From NCBI RefSeq assembly GCF_964204645.1, contig NW_027437444.1, positions 53,572 through 117,571 of the forward strand: a stretch of DNA of 64,000 nucleotides, read 5' to 3'. How positions within the stretch are numbered: position 1 is the stretch's first letter; every line of letters starts with the position of its first letter. The position numbers and the translations under genes are program-made. Of this stretch, positions 1 to 11,459 are shown one piece after another. Source of the stretch: Tubulanus polymorphus (taxonomy: Eukaryota; Animalia; Nemertea). The notes below the pieces were generated by a model. The model saw only the letters and a program-made list of their open reading frames with translations. It did no database searches and was not told where the DNA came from.

Positions 1-3000
1 ACAAAGTCGATCCGTAAAAGAGCTCAAACCGTCAGGAAAAGCACATTTCGACCCGAAAACGTCGTTCTCCGCGAGAAAAGACGTTTTCTCATCATATTTT
101 CCCCGTAACTGAAAAATGACAAAGTCGATCCGTAAAATAGCTCAAATCGTCAGGAAAAGCACATTTCGATCCGAAATCGTCGTTGTCCGCGAGAAAAAAC
201 GTTTTCTCGTAACATTTTCCCCGTATCGGAAAAATGACAAAGTCTATCCGTAGAAGCGTTCAAATCGTCAGGAATAGCACATTTCGACCCGAAAACGTCG
301 TTCTCCGAGAGAAAAGACGTTTTCTCATCACATTTTCCCCGTAACTGAAAAATGACAAAGTCGATCCGTAAGATAGCTCAAATCGTCAGGAAAAGCACAT
401 TTCGATCCGAAATCGTCGTTGTCCGCGAGAAAAAACGTTTTCTCGTAACATTTTCCCCGTATCGGAAAAATGTCAAAGTCTATCCGTAGAAGCGTTCAAA
501 TCGTCAGGAAAAGCACATTTCGACCCGAAAACGTCGTTCTCCGCGAGAAAAGACGTTTCCTCATCACATTTCCCCGTATCGGAAAAATGACAAAGTCGAT
601 CCGTAAAATCGTTCAAATCGTCAGGGAAAGCACATTTCGACCCGAAAACGTCGTTCTGCGCGAGAAAAGACTTTTTCTCATCACATTTTCCCCGTATCGG
701 AAAAATGACATAGTCGATCCGTAAAAGAGCTCAAATCGTCAGGAAAAGCACATTTCGACCCGAAAACGTCGTTCTCCGCGAGAAAACACGTTTTCTCAAC
801 ACATTTTCCCCGTATCGGAAAAATGACGAAGTCGATCCGTAGAGGCGCACAAATCGTCAGGAAAAGCACATTTCGACCCGAAAACGTCGTTCTCCGTGAG
901 AAATGACGTTTTCTCATCACATTTTCCCCGTATCGGAAAAATGACAAAGTCGATCCGTAAAAGCGTTCAAATCGTCAGGAAAAGCACATTTCGACCCGAA
1001 AACGTCGTTCTCCGCGAGAAAAGACGTTTTCTCATCACATATTACCCCGTAACTGAAAAATGACAAAGTCGATCCGTAAAAGGGCTCAAATCGTCAGGAA
1101 AAGCACATTTCGACCCGAAAACGTCGTTCTCCGCGAGAAAAGACGTTTTCTCATCACATTTTCCCCGTATCGGAAAAATGACAAAGTCGATCCGTAAAGG
1201 AGCTCATATCGTCAGGAAAAGCACATTTCGATCCGAAATCGTCGTTGTCCGCGAGAAAAGACGTTATCTCGTAACATTTTCCCCGTATCGGAAAAATGAC
1301 AAAGTCTATCCGTAGAAGCGCTCAAATCGTCAGGAAAAGCACATTTCGACCCGAAGACGTCGTTCTCCGCGAGAAAAGACGTTTTCTCATCACATTTTCC
1401 CCGTATCGGAAAAATGACAAAGTCGATCCGTAAAAGCGTTCAATTCGTCAGTAAAAGCACATTTCGACCCGAAAACGTCGTTCTCCGCGAGAAAAGACGT
1501 TTTCTCATCATATTTTCCCCCTAACTGAAAAATGACAAAGTCGATCCGTAAAAGAGCTCAAATCGTCAGGAAAAGCACATTTCGACCCGAAGACGTCGTT
1601 CTCCGCGAGAAAAGACGTTTTCTCATCACATTTTCCCCGTAACTGAAAAATGACAAAGTCGATCCGTAAAATAGCTCAAATCGTCAGGAAAAGCACATTT
1701 CGATCCGAAATCGTCGTTTTCCGCGAGAAAAGACGTTTTCTCGTAACATTTTCCCCGTATCGGAAAAATGACAAAGTCTATCCGTAGAGGCGCACAAATC
1801 GTCAGGAAAAGCACACTTCGACCCGAAAACGTCGTTCTCCGCGAGAAAAGACGTTTCCTCATCACATTTTCCCCGTATCGGAAAAATGACAAAGTCGATC
1901 CGTAAAAGAGCTCAAATCGTCAGGAAAAGCACATTTTGACCCGAAAACGTCGTTCTCCGCGAGAAAAGACGTTTTCTCATCACATTTTCCCCGTATCGGA
2001 AAAATGACAAAGTCGATCCGTAAAAGCGTTCAATTCGTCAGTAAAAGCACATTTCGACCCGAAAACGTCGTTCTCCGCGAGAAAAGACGTTTTCTCATCA
2101 CATTTTCCCCGTAACTGAAAAATGACAAAGTCGATCCGTAAAAGAGCTCAAATCGTAAGGAAAAGCACATTTCGATCCGAAATCGTCGTTGTCCGCGAGA
2201 AAAAAACGTTTTCTCGTAACATTTTCCCCGTATCGGAAAAATGACAAAGTCTATCCGTAGAAGCGTTCAAATCGTCAGGAAAAGCACATTTCGACCCGAA
2301 AACGTCGTTCTCCGCGAGAAAAGACGTTTCCTCATCACATTTCCCCGTATCGGAAAAATGACAAAGTCGATCCGTAAAATCGTTCAAATCGTCAGGGAAA
2401 GCACATTTCGACCCGAAAACGTCGTTCTGCGCGAGAAAAGACTTTTTCTCATCACATTTTTCCCGTATCGGAAAAATGACAAAGTCGATCCGTAAAAGAG
2501 CTCAAATCGTCAGGAAAAGCACATTTCGACCCGAAAACGTCGTTCTCCGCGAGAAAACACGTTTTCTCAACACATTTTCCCCGTATCGGAAAAATGACGA
2601 AGTCGATCCGTAGAGGCGCACAAATCGTCAGGAAAAGCACATTTCGACCCGAAAACGTCGTTCTCCGTGAGAAATGAGGTTTCCTCATCACATTTCCCCG
2701 TATCGGAAAAATGACAAAGTCGATCCGTAAAATCGTTCAAATCGTCAGGGAAAGCACATTTCGACCCGAAAACGTCGTTCTATGCGAGTAAAGACGTTTT
2801 CTCATCACATTTCCCCGTATCGGAAAAATGACAAAGTCGATCCGTAAAATAGCTCAAATCGTCAGGAAAAGCACATTTCGACCCGAAAACGTCGTTCTCC
2901 GCGAGAAAAGACGTTTTCTCATCACATTTTCCCCGTATCGGAAAAATGACAAAGTCGATCCGTAAAAGCGTTCAATTCGTCAGTAAAAGCACATTTCGAC

Positions 3001-6000
3001 CCGAAAACGTCGTTCTCCGCGAGAAAAGACGTTTTCTCATAACATTTTCCCCGTAACTGAAAAATGACAAAGTCGATCCGTAAAAGAGCTCAAACCGTCA
3101 GGAAAAGCACATTTCGACCCGAAAACGTCGTTCTCCGCGAGAAAAGACGTTTTCTCATCATATTTTCCCCGTAACTGAAAAATGACAAAGTCGATCCGTA
3201 AAATAGCTCAAATCGTCAGGAAAAGCACATTTCGATCCGAAATCGTCGTTGTCCGCGAGAAAAAACGTTTTCTCGTAACATTTTCCCCGTATCGGAAAAA
3301 TGACAAAGTCTATCCGTAGAAGCGTTCAAATCGTCAGGAATAGCACATTTCGACCCGAAAACGTCGTTCTCCGAGAGAAAAGACGTTTTCTCATCACATT
3401 TTCCCGTAACTGAAAAATGACAAAGTCGATCCGTAAGATAGCTCAAATCGTCAGGAAAAGCACATTTCGATCCGAAATCGTCGTTGTCCGCGAGAAAAAA
3501 CGTTTTCTCGTAACATTTTCCCCGTATCGGAAAAATGTCAAAGTCTATCCGTAGAAGCGTTTCAAATCGTCAGGAAAGCACATTTCGACCCGAAAACGTC
3601 GTTCTCCGCGAGAAAAGACGTTTCCTCATCCACATTTCCCCGTATCGGAAAAATGACAAAGTCGATCCGTAAATCGTTCAAATCGTCAGGGAAAGCACAT
3701 TTCGACCCGAAAACGTCGTTCTGCGCGAGAAAAGACTTTTTCTCATCAACATTTTCCCCGTATCGGAAAAATGACATAGTCGCATCCGTAAAAGAGCTCA
3801 AATCGTCAGGAAAAGCACATTTCGACCCGAAAACGTCGTTCTCCGCGAGAAAACACGTTTTCTCAACACATTTCCCCGTATCGGAAAAATGACGAAGTCG
3901 ATCCGTAGAGGCGCACAAATCGTCAGGAAAGCACATTTCGACCCGAAAACGTCGTTCTCCATAAGAAATGACGTTTTCTCAATCACATTTTCCCCGTATC
4001 GGAAAAATGACAAAGTCGATCCGTAAAAGCGTTCAAATCGTCAGGAAAAGCACATTTCGACCCGAAAACGTCGTTCTCCGCGAGAAAAGACGTTTTCTCA
4101 TCACATATTACCCCGTAACTGAAAAATGACAAGTCGATCCGTAAAAGGGCTCAAATCGTCAAGAAAAGCACATTTCGACCCGAAAACGTCGTTCTCCGCG
4201 AGAAAAGACGTTTTCCTCATCACATATTACCCCGTAACTGAAAATGACAAAGTCGATCCGTAAAAGGGCTCAAATCGTCAGGAAAAGCACATTTCGACCC
4301 GAAAACGTCGTTCTCCGCGAGAAAAGACGTTTTCTCATCACATTTTCCCCGTATCGGAAAAATGACAAAGTCGATCCGTAAAAGAGCTCAAATCGTAAGG
4401 AAAAGCACATTTCGATCCGAAATCGTCGTTGTCCGCGAGAAAAAAACGTTTTCTCGTAACATTTTCCCCGTATCGGAAAAATGACAAAGTCTATCCGTAG
4501 AAGCGTTCAAATCGTCAGGAAAAGCACATTTCGACCCGAAAACGTCGTTTCTCCGCGAGAAAAGACGTTTCCTCATCACATTTCCCCGTATCGGAAAAAT
4601 GACAAAGTCGATCCGTAAAATCGTTCAAATCGTCAGGGAAAGCACATTTCGACCCGAAAACGTCGTTCTGCGCGAGAAAAGACTTTTTCTCATCACATTT
4701 TTCCCGTATCGGAAAAATGACAAAGTCGATCCGTAAAAGAGCTCAAAATCGTCAGGAAAAGCACATTTCGACCCGAAAACGTCGTCTCCGCGAGAAACAC
4801 GTTTTCTCAACACATTTTCCCCGTATCGGAAAAATGACGAAGTCGATCCGTAGAGGCGCACAAATCGTCAGGAAAAGCACATTTCGACCCGAAAACGTCG
4901 TTCTCCGTGAGAAATGAGGTTTCCTCATCACATTTCCCCGTATCGGAAAAAATGACAAAGTCGATCCGTAAAATCGTTCAAATCGTCAGGGAAAGCACAT
5001 TTCGACCCGAAAACGTCGTTCTATGCGAGTAAGACGTTTTCTCAATCACATTTCCCCGTATTCGGAAAAATGACAAAGTCGATCCGTAAAATAGCTCAAA
5101 TCGTCAGGAAAAGCACATTTCGACCCGAAAACGTCGTTCTCCGCGAGAAAAGACGTTTCTCTCACATTTTCCCCGTATCGGAAAAATGACAAAGTCGATC
5201 CGTAAAAGCGTTCAATTCGTCAGTAAAAGCACATTTCGACCCGAAAACGTCGTTCTCCGCGAGAAAAGACGTTTTCTCATAACATTTTCCCCGTAACTGA
5301 AAAATGACAAAGTCGATCCGTAAAGAGCTCAAACCGTCAGGAAAAGCACATTTCGACCCGAAAACGTCGTTCTCCGCGAGAAAAGACGTTTTCTCATCAT
5401 ATTTTCCCCGTAACTGAAAAATGACAAAGTCGATTCCGTAAAATAGCTCAAATCGTCAAGAAAAGCACATTTCGATCCGAAATCGTCGTTGTCCGCGAGA
5501 AAAACGTTTTCTCGTAACATTTTCCCCCGTATCGGAAAATGACAAAGTCTATCCGTAGAAGCGTTCAAATCGTCAGGAATAGCACATTTCGACCCGAAAA
5601 CGTCGTTCTCCCGAGAGAAAAGACGTTTTCTCATCACATTTTCCCCGTAACTGAAAAATGACAAAGTCGATCCGTAAGATAGCTCAAATCGTCAGGAAAA
5701 GCACATTTCGATCCGAAATCTCCGCGAGAAAAAACGTTTTCTCGTAACATTTCCCCGTATCGGAAAAATGTCAAAGTCTATCCGTAGAAGCGTTCAAATC
5801 GTCAGGAAAAGCACATTTCGACCCGAAAACGTCGTTCTCCGCGAGAAAAGACGTTTCCTCATCACATTTCCCCGTATCGGAAAAATGGACAAAGTCGATC
5901 CGTAAAATCGTTCAAATCGTCAGGGAAAGCACATTTCGACCCGAAAACGTCGTTCTGCGCGAGAAAAGACTTTTTCTCATCACATTTTCCCCGTATCGGA

Positions 6001-9000
6001 AAATGACAAAGTCGATCCGTAAAAGAGCTCAAATCGTCAGGAAAAGCACATTTCGACCCGAAAACGTCGTTCTCCGCGAGAAAACACGTTTTCTCAACAC
6101 ATTTTCCCCGTATCGGAAAAATGACAAAGTCGATCCGTAAAAGCGTTCAATTCGTCAGTAAAAGCACATTTCGACCCGAAAACGTCGTTCTCCGCGAGAA
6201 AAGACGTTTTCTCATCACATTTTCCCCGTAACTGAAAAATGACAAAGTCGATCCGTAAAAGAGCTCAAATCGTAAGGAAAAGCACATTTCGATCCGAAAT
6301 CGTCGTTGTCCGCGAGAAAAAAACGTTTTCTCGTAACATTTTCCCCGTATCGGAAAAATGACAAAGTCTATCCCGTAGAAGCGTTCAAATCGTCAGGAAA
6401 AGCACATTTCGACCCGAAAACGTCGTTCTCCGCGAGAAAAGACGTTTCCTCATCACATTTCCCCGTATCGGAAAAATGACAAAGTCGATCCGTAAATCGT
6501 TCAAATCGTCAGGGAAAGCACATTTCGACCCGAAAACGTCGTTCTGCGCGAGAAAAGACTTTTTCTCATCACATTTTTCCCGTATCGGAAAAATGACAAA
6601 GTCGATCCGTAAAAGAGCTCAAATCGTCAGGAAAAGCACATTTCGACCCGAAAACGTCGTTCTCCGCGAGAAAACACGTTTTCTCAACACATTTTCCCCC
6701 GTATCGGAAAAATGACGAAGTCGATCCGTAGAGGCGCACAAATCGTCAGGAAAAGCACATTTCGACCCGAAAACGTCGTTCTCCGTGAGAAATGAGGTTT
6801 CCTCATCACATTTCCCCGTATCGGAAAAATGACAAAGTCGATCCGTAAAATCGTTCAAATCGTCAGGGAAAGCACATTTCGACCCGAAAACGTCGTTCTA
6901 TGCGAGTAAAGACGTTTTCTCATCACATTTCCCCGTATCGGAAAAATGACAAAGTCGATCCGTAAAATAGCTCAAATCGTCAGGAAAAGCACATTTCGAC
7001 CCGAAAACGTCGTTCTCCGCGAGAAAAGACGTTTTCTCATCACATTTTCCCCGTATCGGAAAAATGACAAAGTCGATCCGTAAAAGCGTTCAATTCGTCA
7101 GTAAAAGCACATTTCGACCCGAAAACGTCGTTCTCCGCGAGAAAAGACGTTTTCTCATAACATTTTCCCCGTAACTGAAAAATGACAAAGTCGATCCGTA
7201 AAAGAGCTCAAACCGTCAGGAAAAGCACATTTCGACCCGAAAACGTCGTTCTCCGCGAGAAAAGACGTTTTCTCATCATATTTTCCCCGTAACTGAAAAA
7301 TGACAAAGTCGATCCGTAAAATAGCTCAAATCGTCAGGAAAAGCACATTTCGATCCGAAATCGTCGTTGTCCGCGAGAAAAACGTTTTCTCGTAACATTT
7401 TCCCCGTATCGGAAAAATGACAAAGTCTATCCGTAGAAGCGTTCAAATCGTCAGGAATAGCACATTTCGACCCGAAAACGTCGTTCTCCGAGAGAAAAGA
7501 CGTTTTCTCATCACATTTTCCCCGTAACTGAAAAATGACAAAGTCGATCCGTAAGATAGCTCAAATCGTCAGGAAAAGCACATTTTCGATCCGAAATCGT
7601 CGTTGTCCGCGAGAAAAAACGTTTTCTCGTAACATTTTCCCCGTATCGGAAAAATGTCAAAGTCTATCCGTAGAAGCGTTCAAATCGTCAGGAAAAGCAC
7701 ATTTCGACCCGAAAACGTCGTTCTCCGCGAGAAAAGACGTTTCCTCATCACATTTCCCCGTATCGGAAAAATGACAAAGTCGATCCGTAAAATCGTTCAA
7801 ATCGTCAGGGAAAGCACATTTCGACCCGAAAACGTCGTTCTGCGCGAGAAAAGACTTTTTCTCATCACATTTTCCCCGTATCGGAAAAATGACATAGTCG
7901 ATCCGTAAAAGAGCTCAAATCGTCAGGAAAAGCACATTTCGACCCGAAAACGTCGTTCTCCGCGAGAAAACACGTTTTCTCAACACATTTTCCCCGTATC
8001 GGAAAAATGACGAAGTCGATCCGTAGAGGCGCACAAATCGTCAGGAATAGCACATTTCGACCCGAAAACGTCGTTCTCCGTAAGAAATGACGTTTTCTCA
8101 TCACATTTTCCCCGTATCGGAAAAATGACAAAGTCGATCCGTAAAAGCGTTCAAATCGTCAGGAAAAGCACATTTCGACCCGAAAACGTCGTTCTCCGCG
8201 AGAAAAGACGTTTTCTCATCACATATTACCCCGTAACTGAAAAATGACAAAGTCGATCCGTAAAAGGGCTCAAATCGTCAAGAAAAGCACATTTCGACCC
8301 GAAAACGTCGTTCTCCGCGAGAAAAGACGTTTTCTCATCACATATTACCCCGTAACTGAAAAATGACAAAGTCGATCCGTAAAAGGGCTCAAATCGTCAG
8401 GAAAAGCACATTTCGACCCGAAAACGTCGTTCTCCGCGAGAAAAGACGTTTTCTCATCACATTTTCCCCGTATCGGAAAAATGACAAAGTCGATCCGTAA
8501 AAGAGCTCAAATCGTAAGGAAAAGCACATTTCGATCCGAAATCGTCGTTGTCCGCGAGAAAAAAACGTTTTCTCGTAACATTTTCCCCGTATCGGGAAAA
8601 ATGACAAAGTCTATCCGTAGAAGCGTTCAAATCGTCAGGAAAAGCACATTTCGACCCGAAAACGTCGTTCTCCGCGAGAAAAGACGTTTCCTCATCACAT
8701 TTCCCCGTATCGGAAAAATGACAAAGTCGATCCGTAAAATCGTTCAAATCGTCAGGGAAAGCACATTTCGACCCGAAAACGTCGTTCTGCGCGAGAAAAG
8801 ACTTTTTCTCATCACATTTTTCCCGTATCGGAAAAATGACAAAGTCGATCCGTAAAAGAGCTCAAATCGTCAGGAAAAGCACATTTCGACCCGAAAACGT
8901 CGTTCTCCGCGAGAAAACACGTTTCTCAACACATTTTCCCCGTATCGGAAAAATGACGAAGTCGATCCGTAGAGGCGCACAAATCGTCAGGAAAAGCACA

Positions 9001-11459
9001 TTTCGACCCGAAAACGTCGTTCTCCGTGAGAAATGAGGTTTCCTCATCACATTTCCCCGTATCGGAAAAATGACAAAGTCGATCCGTAAAATCGTTCAAA
9101 TCGTCAGGGAAAGCACATTTCGACCCGAAAACGTCGTTCTATGCGAGTAAAGACGTTTTCTCATCACATTTCCCCGTATCGGAAAAATGACAAAGTCGAT
9201 CCGTAAAATAGCTCAAATCGTCAGGAAAAGCACATTTCGACCCGAAAACGTCGTTCTCCGCGAGAAAAGACGTTTTCTCATCACATTTTCCCCGTATCGG
9301 AAAAATGACAAAGTCGATCCGTAAAAGCGTTCAATTCGTCAGTAAAAGCACATTTCGACCCGAAAACGTCGTTCTCCGCGAGAAAAGACGTTTTCTCATA
9401 ACATTTTCCCCGTAACTGAAAAATGACAAAGTCGATCCGTAAAAGAGCTCAAACCGTCAGGAAAAGCACATTTCGACCCGAAAACGTCGTTCTCCGCGAG
9501 AAAAGACGTTTTCTCATCATATTTCCCCGTAACTGAAAAATGACAAAGTCGATCCGTAAAATAGCTCAAATCGTCAAGAAAAGCACATTTCGATCCGAAA
9601 TCGTCGTTGTCCGCGAGAAAAAACGTTTTCTCGTAACATTTTCCCCGTATCGGAAAAATGACAAAGTCTATCCGTAGAAGCGTTCAAATCGTCAGGAATA
9701 GCACATTTCGACCCGAAAACGTCGTTCTCCGAGAGAAAAGACGTTTTCTCATCACATTTTCCCCGTAACTGAAAAATGACAAAGTCGATCCGTAAGATAG
9801 CTCAAATCGTCAGGAAAAGCACATTTCGATCCGAAATCGTCGTTGTCCCGAGAAAAAACGTTTTCTCGTAACATTTTCCCCGTATCGGAAAAATGTCAAA
9901 GTCTATCCGTAGAAGCGTTCAAATCGTCAGGAAAAGCACATTTCGACCCGAAAACGTCGTTCTCCGCGAGAAAAGACGTTTCCTCATCACATTTCCCCGT
10001 ATCGGAAAAATGACAAAGTCGATCCGTAAAATCGTTCAAATCGTCAGGGAAAGCACATTTCGACCCGAAAACGTCGTTCTGCGCGAGAAAAGACTTTTTC
10101 TCATCACATTTTCCCCGTATCGGAAAAATGACAAAGTCGATCCGTAAAAGAGCTCAAATCGTCAGGAAAAGCACATTTCGACCCGAAAACGTCGTTCTCC
10201 GCGAGAAAACACGTTTTCTCAACACATTTTCCCCGTATCGGAAAAATGACGAAGTCGATCCGTAGAGGCGCACAAATCGTCAGGAAAAGCACATTTCGAC
10301 CCGAAAACGTCGTTCTCCGTGAGAAATGACGTTTTCTCATCACATTTTCCCCGTATCGGAAAAATGACAAAGTCGATCCGTAAAAGCGTTCAAATCGTCA
10401 GGAAAAGCACATTTCGACCCGAAAACGTCGTTCTCCGCGAGAAAAGACGTTTTCTCATCACATATTACCCCGTAACTGAAAAATGACAAAGTCGATCCGT
10501 AAAAGGGCTCAAATCGTCAGGAAAAGCACATTTCGACCCGAAAACGTCGTTCTCCGCGAGAAAAGACGTTTTCTCATCACATATTACCCCGTAACTGAAA
10601 AATGACAAAGTCGATCCGTAAAAGGGCTCAAATCGTCAGGAAAAGCACATTTCGACCCGAAAACGTCGTTCTCCGCGAGAAAAGACGTTTTCTCATCACA
10701 TTTTCCCCGTATCGGAAAAATGACAAAGTCGATCCGTAAAGGAGCTCATATCGTCAGGAAAAGCACATTTCGATCCGAATCGTCGTTGTCCGCGAGAAAA
10801 GACGTTATCTCGTAACATTTTCCCCGTATCGGAAAAATGACAAAGTCTATCCGTAGAAGCGCTCAAATCGTCAGGAAAAGCACATTTCGACCCGAAAACG
10901 TCGTTCTCCGCGAGAAAAGACGTTTCCTCATCACATTTCCCCGTATCGGAAAAATGACAAAGTCGATCCGTAAAATCGTTCAAATCGTCAGGGAAAGCAC
11001 ATTTCGACCCGAAAACGTCGTTCTGCGCGAGAAAAGACTTTTTCTCATCACATTTTCCCCGTATCGGAAAAATGACAAAGTCGATCCGTAAAAGAGCTCA
11101 AATCGTCAGGAAAAGCACATTTCGACCCGAAAACGTCGTTCTCCGCGAGAAAACACGTTTTCTCAACACATTTTCCCCGTATCGGAAAAATGACGAAGTC
11201 GATCCGTAGAGGCGCACAAATCGTCAGGAAAAGCACATTTCGACCCGAAAACGTCGTTCTCCGTGAGAAATGACGTTTTCTCATCACATTTTCCCCGTAT
11301 CGGAAAAATGACAAAGTCGATCCGTAAAAGCGTTCAAATCGTCAGGAAAAGCACATTTCGACCCGAAAACGTCGTTCTCCGCGAGAAAAGACGTTTTCTC
11401 ATCACATATTACCCCGTAACTGAAAAATGACAAAGTCGATCCGTAAAAGGGCTCAAATC

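Noticed and set aside
40-70. CENP-B box (TTCG and CGGG/CCCG words are present)
   Set aside because: The spacing does not fit TTCGNNNNANNCGGG on either strand.
113-230. Satellite-encoded hammerhead ribozyme (minus strand has CUGACGA, and GUGAUGA followed by a 9-bp stem and a nearby GAAA)
   Set aside because: CUGACGA is not followed by a stem II closing onto GAAA. The GUGAUGA candidate lacks the conserved C3 and has 5 extra nt before GAAA. No stems I/III were found. An Infernal search with Rfam hammerhead models would settle it.
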